This document shows positions 31,643-41,836 of a DNA stretch of 64,000 nucleotides, in pieces. This DNA is from an uncultured Gemmatimonadaceae bacterium (GTDB lineage: Bacteria; Gemmatimonadota; Gemmatimonadetes; Gemmatimonadales; Gemmatimonadaceae). Numbering within the stretch: position 1 is the stretch's first letter; each line of letters begins with the position of its first letter. The DNA lies in NCBI GenBank assembly GCA_963829055.1, contig CAWHHI010000003.1:1-64000 (forward strand), in the 5' to 3' direction. The position numbers were made by a program, and so were the translations under genes. The notes beneath the pieces are model-generated. The model saw nothing but the letters and a program-made list of their open reading frames with translations, had not been told where the DNA came from and searched no databases.

Positions 31643-32383
31643 TCAGACCGCGGCGTTCCAGCCGCCAGGAATACTTCCACTGAGAAGCGCCGTCGCCACG
31701 AGCGCCCCATCGCAACCGACGGCCGCGAGTGCGCGCAGGTCGGCCGAATCTCGAACGCCGCCGCCAGCGAGCAGCGTGACTCGTGGCGCCGCCCGCCGAA
31801 TGTCGTCCATCATGTGCAGGTCGATTCCCGCTCCCGTCCCGACGCGGGCCAGATCGAGCACGATCACGCTCCCGACACCCGCATCCGCCGCGCGCACCGC
31901 GAGTTCCGCTGCGCTCGAGCCGGCCGTCCAATCGTTAGGCGCCCGGACGGGCTCGCCCAGCCGGAGATCGAGACTGAACGCAATGCGTTCCCCTCCAGAC
32001 TCCAGGCAAATCGCATCGAGCGCCTCGAACGTCGCGAGCGTCTCGAGCCCGACGATCACCGTACGCGCACCGGCATCCAGCACCGCCGCCACGTCGGCCG
32101 CTGTCGACGTCCCGGCGTCTACCCAGAGCGGCACGCCCAGCGCCGCCAGCTCACCGAGCACGCCCCTGTGCATCGCACTCACACCGCGTTCGATGGCGTC
32201 GAGATCAGCGACGTACAGCTCGCGGACGCCGAGTGCGTCGACGTACGCACGCCCGAGAGCGACCGCATCGCCATTCACACTCGCTCCCGCGGCCATGCCG
32301 ACCGGCGCGTAGGAATCACGTCGGCCCCCACGCGCGTGAACCGCGTGGCCACCCTTGAGATCGATGACGCCGACGACACGCAC
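31643..32383 (-). CDS. HisA/HisF-like TIM-barrel protein (Orf17)
   Basis: VIDLKGGHAVHARGGRR..Y, LYVADLDAI, LDLARVGTGAG, GGGVR. Confidence 0.88.
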   Translation of the reverse strand: MRVVGVIDLKGGHAVHARGGRRDSYAPVGMAAGASVNGDAVALGRAYVDALGVRELYVADLDAIERGVSAMHRGVLGELAALGVPLWVDAGTSTAADVAAVLDAGARTVIVGLETLATFEALDAICLESGGERIAFSLDLRLGEPVRAPNDWTAGSSAAELAVRAADAGVGSVIVLDLARVGTGAGIDLHMMDDIRRAAPRVTLLAGGGVRDSADLRALAAVGCDGALVATALLSGSIPGGWNAAV

Positions 32384-32466
32384 GGTCGCGTTACCTCGAA
32401 GATGAACAGTGACGGACGATGCCGGCCGCCTCACGTCCTCACGAGCACCTGAATATCATCCACCGC

Positions 32467-34140
32467 ATGCGCAATTCCAGCGGCACGAGCGGCGTGATTG
32501 GGTGGGACATCGGCGGTGTGAACACGAAGGTCGCGCGTGTACAGCACGGTCGCGTACTCGTCGCGCATTCTCACCCGTATGAGATCCAGCGCGATCCGGC
32601 CGCGCTCGGCCCTCTGCTCACGACGCTCGCCATGCAGGTCGAATCCACCGCGGGCGACCGGCACGCCGTGACGATGACCGCCGAGCTCTCGCAGATGTTC
32701 CGGACGAAGCGAGATGGCGTGGCGTTCGTCCTCGATGCCGTCTCGTCCGCGTTTCCGTCGTCGGACATCCATGTCTACAGCGTCGACGGCCGCTTCCTCT
32801 CCCCCGCCGACGCGCGATGCGAGCCGCTCGCCGTTGCGGCGTCCAATTGGGCCGCCACCGCCAGAGTGGTTGCCGCGAGCTACCCTAACGCGATTCTCAT
32901 CGACATCGGCACCACCAGCACGGACATCATCCCGATCGAGGACGGAGAGGTCGTCGCCGTGGGAACGACTGACCCGGCGCGTCTCGCCAGCGGGGAGCTC
33001 GTGTACTCCGGCGCGCTTCGCACGGCAGTCGAGGCCATCACAGCGGTCGTCCCGCTCGGCGACACGACGGCAAGCGTGTCGGCCGAGGCGTTCGCGCTCG
33101 TCGGCGACGTCCATGTGTGGCGCGGCGATCTCGCGAGCGACGACTACTCGGTTCCGACTCCCGATGCGAGACCGACGTCGCGCGAGTTCGCCGGCGAGCG
33201 CATCGCCCGCATCGTGTGCGCTGACCGCGAGATGCTGGACGATCGCGCGATCTCCGCGATCGCCGACGCCGTCGCGAGCGCACAGGTGGACGTGATCAGC
33301 AGGGCGATCACACGCGTTCGCGCGCGTCACACGCGTCTCCACACCGCCGTCATCACGGGGCTCGGCTCCTTCATCGCCGCGCGCGCCGCTCGTCAGGCAG
33401 GACTCCACGTCGTTCGCCTAGCCGATTCCATGGGCGACGACGCGTCGCGGTGTGCCCCAGCCGCTGCCGTCGCGCTGCTGCTCGATGGCAGTCTGTCCCA
33501 CCATGCGCCAAGCGCACGGAGGCCGCGTACCACGCCACCTAACGTCGACAGGGCCACGTACCCGGGTATGGCGGACATGGTCGTCAAAGTCGGCGGCGCT
33601 CTGCTCGCCTACCCCACCCTGCTCGACGCCACGCTCCGCGGCATCATCGATGCCGGCACCGACGCGCGCATACTCATTGTCCCCGGCGGCGGTCCATTCG
33701 CCGACGCGGTTCGCGACGCCGATCGACGTATCCACCTCGCCGACGACACCGCGCACTGGATGGCGATACTCGCGATGGACCAGTACGCGCACCTGCTTGC
33801 CGCGCGCCATCCGAGCCTCGCCCTCGCCGTCACCATCGCCGAAGCCGAGGCGATACTGACGCAGCATCGAGTCCCGGTGCTCGCACCGTATCGCTGGCTG
33901 CGACAGGCAGACCCGCTACCGCACTCGTGGGACGTCACGAGCGACAGTATCAGCGCGTGGATCGCCGGAGCCGTCGGCGCTACTCATCTCGTGCTCGTCA
34001 AACCTCCAGGCGCGGATGTCAGCGCGGCGGTCGACCCCCAGTTCTCCCACACACTTCCGACCGGCATTTCGTCACTTACGGTCACGGCTGATGCGAGCGA
34101 TGCGCTCGTCGCGGCGCTGCGCGTCCCCGCGCGACGCTGA
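32467..34140 (+). CDS. Fusion of MfnF/Orf9-like (hydantoinase A family) and MfnE/Orf21-like (amino-acid kinase family) domains
   Basis: GWDIGGVNTK, TMTAELS, ASNW, DIGTTSTD; then VVKVGG, PGGGPFADAVR, LPHSWDVTSDSI. Confidence 0.85.
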   Translation: MRNSSGTSGVIGWDIGGVNTKVARVQHGRVLVAHSHPYEIQRDPAALGPLLTTLAMQVESTAGDRHAVTMTAELSQMFRTKRDGVAFVLDAVSSAFPSSDIHVYSVDGRFLSPADARCEPLAVAASNWAATARVVAASYPNAILIDIGTTSTDIIPIEDGEVVAVGTTDPARLASGELVYSGALRTAVEAITAVVPLGDTTASVSAEAFALVGDVHVWRGDLASDDYSVPTPDARPTSREFAGERIARIVCADREMLDDRAISAIADAVASAQVDVISRAITRVRARHTRLHTAVITGLGSFIAARAARQAGLHVVRLADSMGDDASRCAPAAAVALLLDGSLSHHAPSARRPRTTPPNVDRATYPGMADMVVKVGGALLAYPTLLDATLRGIIDAGTDARILIVPGGGPFADAVRDADRRIHLADDTAHWMAILAMDQYAHLLAARHPSLALAVTIAEAEAILTQHRVPVLAPYRWLRQADPLPHSWDVTSDSISAWIAGAVGATHLVLVKPPGADVSAAVDPQFSHTLPTGISSLTVTADASDALVAALRVPARR

Positions 34141-34830
34141 CGCCGTACGAAGCCCACGCACGAGATCGGCCGACACGCGTCCACTCCGCCCCCCGATGCA
34201 CGCGGCGCCGCGAACCCCCGCCACGTCCGCGCCGGCATCACGCACGCGACCGAGGTCGTCGACACCAAGCTTTCCGGCGACGGCGGCGATCAACTTGAGC
34301 CCGCGCGCTCGCCCCACCCAGGCGGAGAGCTCGATGCGCGACCATAGCGTGGTCAGCCCCGCACCCTCCTTGTCCGCCGTGTCGACCAGCACGCCTCGCG
34401 CACCCGCATGCGCCGCAATCGCGAGAAGCTTCGTCGCGTCGATGCTCGTTCCATGCTCGGCATCGGCGTACGCGACCGCGACGACGCCGCTCGCCGGATT
34501 GCCTCGCTCGCACCCGCGCACACACGCGACGATCAGCCGCTCGACACGGCGCGCATCGGCGATGCCGGCAAAGCCCACTTTGACGAGGCCGGCCCCGCTC
34601 GCCGAGTATTCAAATGCGAGACGCCCGATCGCGGTCTCATCGTGTGCGTCCCCGAGCGCCGCCGTCACGAGTCGAGCCGGAGGTGTCGCAGCGCGAATTT
34701 CACGCAAAACGTCCGGGCTCACGGCACCGAGCGCCCCCCGCGCCGGCTCTTTCGCATCTATCACGTCCGCACCACCCTCGGCCGCCGCGACCGCCTCGTC
34801 GGCGGACCGCACACTCACCAGAAGTCTCAT
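34072..34830 (-). CDS. mfnB: (5-formylfuran-3-yl)methyl phosphate synthase (Orf22/DUF556)
   Basis: MRLLVSVRS..EA..GGADVIDAKEPARGALG, LVDTADK, GVRGAAC. Confidence 0.88.
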   Translation of the reverse strand: MRLLVSVRSADEAVAAAEGGADVIDAKEPARGALGAVSPDVLREIRAATPPARLVTAALGDAHDETAIGRLAFEYSASGAGLVKVGFAGIADARRVERLIVACVRGCERGNPASGVVAVAYADAEHGTSIDATKLLAIAAHAGARGVLVDTADKEGAGLTTLWSRIELSAWVGRARGLKLIAAVAGKLGVDDLGRVRDAGADVAGVRGAACIGGRSGRVSADLVRGLRTASASRGDAQRRDERIARISRDRK

Positions 34831-34902
34831 CGCGCCCTTCGCTCGAGGGTAAGGAACTCAGCGGCGATTGTAGGCGCCGAGCTACCCGCTGTCAAAGCCG
34901 TC

Positions 34903-35021
34903 GTCATTCCGAGCGGAGGCCCGCAGGCGGAGTCGAGGAATCGCGATTGTCCGCGATAGAGGGCCCTCTATCGGGACGATCGCGATTCCTCGACTCGCCT
35001 TCGGCCTCCGCTCGGAATGAC
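34903..35021. repeat. Palindromic REP element, subtype B, 119 bp
   Basis: Near-perfect palindrome GTCATTCCGAGCGGAGGCC...GGCCTCCGCTCGGAATGAC. Confidence 0.92.
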
Positions 35022-35086
35022 AAGCCTCGTTCATTGCTCGCGCTTCGCGCGCGAGACACTTTCCTCGCGTCACTCCACGGAGATCC

Positions 35087-35866
35087 TTGTTGGCGACGCC
35101 GAGCGCCCCCCCGTTGCTTGCCGGAATGCGTGTGCTCGTCACTGGTGCGTCCAGCGGAATCGGACGCGCCATCGCGATAGCGTCGGCCCGCGCCGGCGCC
35201 GACGTCGCGGTGACGTACCGGCTCAACGAGCGCGGCGCCCGCGACGTCGCCCGCGAAGTCGAGGCCATTGGCCGACGCGCCCGCGTGGTGCGCCTCGATC
35301 TCGGCGACGTCGCCTCCGTGAACGCCCTCGGCGGCGCCGTTCGCTCCGGCCTCGGTGGCGTGGACGCTTGGGTGAACAACGCCGGAGCCGACGTCCTCAC
35401 CGGTCCCGCCACGACCATGAGCGTGATGGAAAAGCTGGATCTGCTCATGCGCGTCGACCTGCGCGGCACCATGCTCGCGTCATGGCAGGCAGCCGAGCTC
35501 ATGGCAGCGCAGGACAAGGGCGGCGTTATCATCAACATGAGTTGGGACCACGTGCTCACGGGAATGCCGGGCGTCGAAGCACAGCTGTTCTCGGCCGTGA
35601 AGGGCGGCGTGTTGTCGTTCAGCAAGTCGCTCGCGCGTACCGTCGCGCCACGAGTACGCGTCAACGTGCTCGCACCCGGTTGGATCGAGACGGCATATGG
35701 CACCGAAGTCGACGAGACCATTCGGCGACAGGTCGTCGCGTCGACGCCGCTCGAGCGATGGGGAACGCCCGAGGATGTCGCGAGCGCAGCCGTCTATCTC
35801 GCATCGCCCGCAGCATCGTTCGTCACGGGCCAGACGATGCTCGTTGGCGGCGGCGTCGTGATGTGA
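35087..35866 (+). CDS. SDR-family oxidoreductase
   Basis: TGASSGIG, NNAG, RVNVLAPGW; catalytic YxxxK appears as FSAVK. Confidence 0.88.
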   Translation: MLATPSAPPLLAGMRVLVTGASSGIGRAIAIASARAGADVAVTYRLNERGARDVAREVEAIGRRARVVRLDLGDVASVNALGGAVRSGLGGVDAWVNNAGADVLTGPATTMSVMEKLDLLMRVDLRGTMLASWQAAELMAAQDKGGVIINMSWDHVLTGMPGVEAQLFSAVKGGVLSFSKSLARTVAPRVRVNVLAPGWIETAYGTEVDETIRRQVVASTPLERWGTPEDVASAAVYLASPAASFVTGQTMLVGGGVVM

Positions 35867-35934
35867 TCGATCTTGCCATTGAGCGCGCGCACTCCTGTCG
35901 CGGTTAGGCACGCAGCCACTCTCGGAGATTTGCC

Positions 35935-36297
35935 GTGTCCAAAAAAGAACCGACGTACGACGACGCCCAGATCGCGGAACAGCTCGCGACGCTCCCGGGC
36001 TGGTACTATGAGGACGGCTGGATTCGTCGCTACTACAAGACGGACGGCTGGCCCACGACGCTCATGCTCGTGAACGCCATCGGCTACGTAGCCGAGGCCG
36101 CGTACCACCACCCCGATCTTTCGGTGACGTGGGCGCGTGTGGGCGTGAAGCTCATGACGCACAGCGCTGGCGGCATCACGGAGAAGGACTTCGCGCTCGC
36201 GCGCCGCATCGAGGAGATCGTGCTCTGGCGCCCAGCGGAAGGCGGTGCGCTCACCGGCACGCCTAACAAGTTCGTCCGGAGCGGCGACCCGCGGTGA
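35935..36297 (+). CDS. Pterin-4a-carbinolamine dehydratase family protein
   Basis: AEAAYHHPDL, THSAGGITEKDFALA. Confidence 0.9.
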   Translation: MSKKEPTYDDAQIAEQLATLPGWYYEDGWIRRYYKTDGWPTTLMLVNAIGYVAEAAYHHPDLSVTWARVGVKLMTHSAGGITEKDFALARRIEEIVLWRPAEGGALTGTPNKFVRSGDPR

Positions 36298-37712
36298 CCG
36301 AACGACCCGGCGCACCCCGCCGCATCCTGTTCGTCACCGGGAAGCTCGCGGAGCCGGCGCTGCGCCGTGTGCTGTCGGACATGTCGCCGTCGTTCACGTA
36401 CGACGTGTCGGTCCTTGGAATCACTGTCGCGGCGCTGATGACCACGACGTGGATTGCCCGTCACCTCGATGCGGTGCCTGACGACACGGATCTCGTGCTC
36501 ATCCCCGGGCTCTGCGAAGGCGATCCCGAGATCGTTCGCGAGAAGGTCGGACGTCGCGTCGAGAAGGGCCCCAAGGATCTCCGCGAGATCCCGAGGTATT
36601 TCGGCCACCAGCCACCGCGCGACTACGGCGCGTGGGACATTGAGATCGTCGCCGAGATCAACAACGTTCCGCGCCTCACGCGAGAGGCGACGCGTCGCGC
36701 CGCGGACTACTTCCGCGACTCAGGCGCGGATCTCATCGACATTGGGTGCACGCCCGGGCTTCCCTTCCCTCACCTCGCGGACGTCGTGCGCGAGCTCGTG
36801 TCCGCCGGCATGCGCGTGAGCATCGACAGCTTCGACGTCGACGAGATTCGCGCGGGCGTTGGCGCGGGCGCAGAGCTCGTGCTGAGCGTGAACAGCTCGA
36901 ACATCGACGTCGCACCGGATCTCGCTGCCGCAGCGGCACGAGCCGTCGTGGTGCCTGACGCCGGCGAGTCGTTCGAGAGCATCGACCGCACGATCGCAGA
37001 GCTCGATCGACTCGGCGTTCGATACCTGATCGACCCGGTGCTCGAGCCCATCGGCTTCGGCTTCATGGCGTCGCTGGAGCGCTACGCCGAGGCGCGACGA
37101 CGATATCCGGATGCCGAGTTGATGATGGGCATCGGCAACATCACGGAGCTCACTGCAGCCGACTCCACGGGTGTGAACGCGCTGCTCATCGCGATCTGCC
37201 AGGAGTTGGGCATTCGCACGGTGCTCACGACGGAAGTCATTCCGTGGGCTCGCGGCTCGGTGCGCGAGGTCGGCATCGCGCGGCAACTCATGCATCACGC
37301 GATCACCGCGCACACAATCCCGAAGCACCTGGACGATCGTCTCGTGACGATAAAGGATGCTGAGATCTTCGCGTACTCCGAGGACGAGCTTCGCGATCTG
37401 CAGCGCCGCATCACGGACCCGAACTTCCGCATCTTCACCGATCGCGATGTCATCACCGTGCTCAATCGCGAGCACTTCGTGCGCGGCACGGACATTCAGG
37501 ACATCTTCGCGCAGCTCGGCGTCACGGAAGCGACGCACGCCTTCTACCTCGGCAAGGAGCTCGCGAAAGCGAAGCTCGCGATCACACTCGGCAAGACCTA
37601 TCGGCAGGAAGGATCGTTGTCGTGGGGGTATCTCACGCCGCCGGACGACGTGAAGTCCGAGCACGTGCGGCTGACGCAGCGGTCGGCGCGAGCGGGCGAG
37701 CCGCTGCGATGA
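36294..37712 (+). CDS. Dihydropteroate synthase-like protein (Orf20)
   Basis: LFVTGKLAEPAL, GPKDL, GADLIDIG, MMGIGNITELT, HAFYLGKEL. Confidence 0.88.
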   Translation: MTERPGAPRRILFVTGKLAEPALRRVLSDMSPSFTYDVSVLGITVAALMTTTWIARHLDAVPDDTDLVLIPGLCEGDPEIVREKVGRRVEKGPKDLREIPRYFGHQPPRDYGAWDIEIVAEINNVPRLTREATRRAADYFRDSGADLIDIGCTPGLPFPHLADVVRELVSAGMRVSIDSFDVDEIRAGVGAGAELVLSVNSSNIDVAPDLAAAAARAVVVPDAGESFESIDRTIAELDRLGVRYLIDPVLEPIGFGFMASLERYAEARRRYPDAELMMGIGNITELTAADSTGVNALLIAICQELGIRTVLTTEVIPWARGSVREVGIARQLMHHAITAHTIPKHLDDRLVTIKDAEIFAYSEDELRDLQRRITDPNFRIFTDRDVITVLNREHFVRGTDIQDIFAQLGVTEATHAFYLGKELAKAKLAITLGKTYRQEGSLSWGYLTPPDDVKSEHVRLTQRSARAGEPLR

Positions 37713-38287
37713 TCATCGAGACCATCGTCACGACCATGGACGCCACCGGCGCGGTGAACATCGCTCCCATGGGCGTGGAGTGGGACGGCGGCGATGATCC
37801 GCCGGTACTCAAGCCGTTTCTCGAGACCACGACGTTCCGTAACGTGACCGCGACTGGCGTCGCCGTCGTGAACCTCGTGGACGACGTGCGCATCTTCGCG
37901 CGTGCGGCTATCTCGAACCCGGATTATCCCGTCGTGCCCGCCGTCGCTGTACGCGGCGTGTGCCTGGAGGCGGCGTGTTCGTGGCGTGAGCTGACGGTGC
38001 GCTCAATGGATAGCACCCCTCCGCGATCGCGCATCGAGACGACGATCGTGCACCGCGGCTTTCGGCGAGAGTTCATCGGCTTCAATCGAGCTCGTCACGC
38101 CGTGCTCGAGGCCGCGATCTACGCCACGCGCGTGCACATGCTCGACCGGTCGTTCATCGAAGCCGAGCTCGCGCGCCTACAGGTGATCGTCGACAAGACT
38201 GCCGGCCCAGCCGAGCATGAAGCGATGGCGCTCCTCACGGAATACGTGCGCTCCGCGCCAGGCACCCGTCCGTTGGCCAATCGTTAG
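37709..38287 (+). CDS. DUF447 family protein (Orf19)
   Basis: MIIETIVTT..NIAPMG, GFNRARHAVLEAAIYATR, VDKTAG. Confidence 0.88.
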   Translation: MIIETIVTTMDATGAVNIAPMGVEWDGGDDPPVLKPFLETTTFRNVTATGVAVVNLVDDVRIFARAAISNPDYPVVPAVAVRGVCLEAACSWRELTVRSMDSTPPRSRIETTIVHRGFRREFIGFNRARHAVLEAAIYATRVHMLDRSFIEAELARLQVIVDKTAGPAEHEAMALLTEYVRSAPGTRPLANR

Positions 38288-39328
38288 GTGAGCGGCGACA
38301 CCGTCACCGTCGAGGCTCCGGCGCGCCTGCACTTCGGACTGCTGGACCTCCGCGGCGCGTTAGGGAGGCGCTTCGGTGGCATCGGTGCACCGGCACCCGA
38401 GGTCAGCGCGCGCGTTTCCGTGTCGCTCGCGGATGACGTCGAAGCCGAGGGGCCGGACGCCGGCCGCGCGGTGGAGTTTGCGCGCCGGTTTCTGACGCAC
38501 CACGCGCTCGCCGGCGGTGCTCACGTCCAGGTCGAGCGAGCCATCCCACCACATTCGGGGCTCGGATCCGGAACGCAGCTCGCGTTGTCGATCGCGCGCG
38601 CGTTGGCCGATCTGCATGACGTGAGGGCAACACCACCGGACCTGGCGCGAGCCGTCGGACGCGCGAAGCGATCGGCGGTAGGCACGTGGACGTTCGCCGG
38701 TGGCGGGTTCGTGGTCGAGGGTGGGCGACGCATGGATCAGAACGACGACACCGGCCCGCTGCTCGCGCGCCTCGCGTTTCCGACCGCCTGGCGTTGTGTC
38801 GTAGCGGTACCGAAAGCGCAACCCGGTGTCAGCGGTGCCGCGGAGGCTGAGGCGTTCGCGTCACTGCCATTGCCGGCCGAGCGTGAGGTGGAGCGCGTGT
38901 CGCATCTCGTGCTCATGGCCATGTTGCCCGCGCTCGCCGACGGTGACCTCTCGACATTCGGCGCGGCGCTCACCGAGGTGCAGGAGATCAACGGACGCTG
39001 GTTCTCTCACGCGCAGGGCGGCACGTTCGCGCCGGGCGCGTCGAGCGCCCTCGTGACGCGCATGCGCGAGTGGGGCGCGGCCGGCGTTGGCCAGAGCTCG
39101 TGGGGACCCGCGGTGTACGCGATCGTCGACGGCGATGACGCGGCGCACGACCTCTCGCGCCGCGTGCGTGACGCGGTGGGCGACGGCGGCGCGGTCTACA
39201 CGGGTGCGTTTCCTCCGCATGGCGCGACGTGTCGTCCCGAGCGCAGCAGCCGTCATCCCGGGCGCCAGGGATTGTCATCCCGAGCGCAGCGAAGCGACAG
39301 CGAGGGATCTTCCGTGAAGTACCCATAG
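38288..39328 (+). CDS. mptG: Beta-ribofuranosylaminobenzene 5'-phosphate synthase (GHMP kinase fold)
   Basis: PARLHFGLLD, HSGLGSGTQLAL, GGFVVEGG, GQSSWGP; tail is REP-derived. Confidence 0.92.
   Translation: MSGDTVTVEAPARLHFGLLDLRGALGRRFGGIGAPAPEVSARVSVSLADDVEAEGPDAGRAVEFARRFLTHHALAGGAHVQVERAIPPHSGLGSGTQLALSIARALADLHDVRATPPDLARAVGRAKRSAVGTWTFAGGGFVVEGGRRMDQNDDTGPLLARLAFPTAWRCVVAVPKAQPGVSGAAEAEAFASLPLPAEREVERVSHLVLMAMLPALADGDLSTFGAALTEVQEINGRWFSHAQGGTFAPGASSALVTRMREWGAAGVGQSSWGPAVYAIVDGDDAAHDLSRRVRDAVGDGGAVYTGAFPPHGATCRPERSSRHPGRQGLSSRAQRSDSEGSSVKYP
39231..39310. repeat. Three tandem REP heads plus a left arm inside the mptG 3' end
   Basis: GTCGTCCCGAGCG (39231), GTCATCCCGGGCG (39252), GTCATCCCGAGCG...GCGAGGGATCT (39274). 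Confidence 0.8.
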
Positions 39329-39548
39329 CCGACGCCGCGGAAAGACGTTAGGCATTGGTCCGATTGCTGCTGACTGTCGGCCATTGTCGCCGGTCATTAC
39401 TTCCGTCGCGGCGGTCATTCCGTCCTCGCAGGCTGGCGACCATTTCGCGCGTGGGTTCCGTCACCGCGCGACGCCGTGCCGTGGGCGACCGTAAGCATGA
39501 TGCCCGGATCGGCACCACACGGCGGCGCTCCACCGGTCCCGGCCTAAC

Positions 39549-41241
39549 GTGTACCCACGGTCGGAGAGACCATGCTTCCTATCTCGTCATCAACCCCTGC
39601 GCGCCGGTCAGACGATCGCGGCGTTACTCTCTGCGCGTCACGTCTCCCGCTGCGTCCCGCTGCTGTTCGTGCTCGCGGCATGCAGTGACGGCGGCATCGT
39701 CGAGCCACCGGCCAGCGTTGTGCGCGGCAGCCCGGCTCATGCCGCGGTCGTCGTGACGCCTGACTACTCCACGTTCGACACGCGCGCTGAGTTCGCGGCG
39801 GCTGGCGTGGTCGATCAGCTGAACGGCTTCGACGAATTCACCGGTGACCCCGTGTACCCGCAATCCACACCGTGGACGACGCATGGCGTGACCTACACGT
39901 CGGCGCCGAACTTCGTGTTCGGCCCCGGTGTCGGCCTCGGCGTCTCGAGCAACGCCGTGTCCACCGAGTTCGGCGCGCCACTATCGGGCACGTTCGCCTC
40001 GGCCGACGCCGTCACCCTGTTCGGCGCCGACATGAGTCTCATCGTCACGGCGGCGCCAGTGAAGCTCGTGCTGTCCACCAATCTGAGGACGTACACGTTC
40101 GACAATCTCGACATTCCGCTCGCCGACGTCGGTCGACGCTTCTTCGGCGTCGCGCTTTCGACACCTGGCGAGTATCTCACCGGATTTCGGTTCGTGGTCG
40201 GCCCGGCGTCGACGCTGCTCCTCGACAACGTTGCCATCGGCCACACCGGTGTGCCAAACGCCCCTCCCGTAGCAACGGCTGGCGGGTCATACACTGGTCA
40301 GGAAGGATCGGCGGTTGCGCTCTCGCTGAGCGGCAGCGACAGGGACGCCGACGCCCTCACGTTTTCGTGGGATCTGGGCGACGGCACCAAGGGCTCGGGA
40401 GCAACTCCTCCGTCGAGCCACGTGTACGTGAACGATGGATCGTACGCCATCACGCTCGCGGTCTCCGATAGCCGCGGTGGCGTCGACACTGCACGCACCA
40501 CAGCCGCGATCTCGAACGTCGCGCCGGTTCTCGCTCCGTTCTCGGTGCAGGCCGCTCCGCTGGCGCTCACGGCCGGCGGCGTGACGCTCTCGGTCTCCGC
40601 CACGTTCACCGATGTCGGCGTCGCCGACGCCCATACCGCCACGCTCGACTGCGGCGTCGGAGCTGTTGCTCCCGCCATCGGCGCCTAACGGGACCGTCGG
40701 TGGCACGTGCCTGTTCACGACCCCGGGCGTCTATACCATCCAACTGACCGTGCGCGACGACGGAGGCGGTAGCGACACGCGATTCGCGACAGGTCAGGCG
40801 GTGGTGTACGACGCGAGCGCCGGGTGGGTGACCGGCGGCGGGTGGATCGCGTCGCCAGTAGGAGCCTACGCTGCGGCTCCGGCGCTGACCGGCAAGCTGA
40901 CGTTCGGCTTTGTGGCGCGCTATCAGTCGTCGACCACGCCGGGTGGGAACGCGGAGTTCAAGCTGAACCTTGGGAAGCTCAGTTTCCGAAGCAGTGCACT
41001 GGACTGGCTGGTGGTCGCCGGGAACACGGCCCAGCTACGGGGCCGCGGTATGATGAACGGTGGCGGCGACTACGCGTTCGAAGTCCTCGCGGTCGATGAT
41101 TCACCAGGTGATGGGGCCCGCATCCGCATCTGGGATCGCACGACGGGCGCGGTCGTCTATGACAACCAGAGGGGCGAACCGCTCGACGCCGGCGCCGTCA
41201 CGGCGCTCGGTGGCGGCAGCATTCAACTCCATCAGCGGTAG
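39549..41241 (+). CDS. PKD-domain lipoprotein (start uncertain, frameshift near 40670)
   Basis: VLAAC lipobox; NAPPVATAGGSY..FSWDLGDG..HVY..GSY; VTGGGWIASP..LGGGSIQLH. Confidence 0.75.
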
Positions 41242-41349
41242 GACCGCGCCTGTTGAGTTCTTGATCTTCGCCGCGACCGGCATTATCAAATGGTTGGAAC
41301 GCCAATTGTTACCAGGCGGTGGCAGGCGTTCGCGGCGGGCAAGGTGCTT

Positions 41350-41805
41350 ATGGCGTCTCGAGAGTTCGAAGGCACAGACAGCACGTCGCCCACGACAGCA
41401 AGCGGCCGTTCAACGAGCCGCGATCCGGGGGCGCCTAGCCAGGCGCCCCCGGATCCTGTCGTCGGCACCCCGGAGCATCTGCAGTCCACGTTCGCTCGCG
41501 CCGCGGCTGCCGCAGACCGAGCCGTCGGGATCTGGCTGGCGCGCACGGCGGAGCAGCGGACCCCGGACGACGTGCCGCCAGCCCCAACTGACCGCGCCTC
41601 CGTGGAGTTCCGGGCGCTTCGTGCGGTCGTGCGTGCTTCGGCCACCGCCTACGCGCGGCAACTACGCAGCGAAGGCGCGACTCCTGAGGGAATGCTCGTG
41701 CTCGTTAAGGCAGCGACCGTGAACCACCGCATTCCGAGCTTTGGAGCACAAGAGTTGACGAACGACCTCATTCGGTGGAGTATCGAAGCATATTTCGATG
41801 AGTGA
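41350..41805 (+). CDS. Hypothetical protein
   Basis: ORF with helical C-terminus PEGMLVLVK..IRWSIEAYF; lies upstream of and collinear with the PAS and MarR genes. Confidence 0.55.
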   Translation: MASREFEGTDSTSPTTASGRSTSRDPGAPSQAPPDPVVGTPEHLQSTFARAAAAADRAVGIWLARTAEQRTPDDVPPAPTDRASVEFRALRAVVRASATAYARQLRSEGATPEGMLVLVKAATVNHRIPSFGAQELTNDLIRWSIEAYFDE

Positions 41806-41836
41806 GATGGCAGTATCGCCCTAGCGCGAGGCACCT

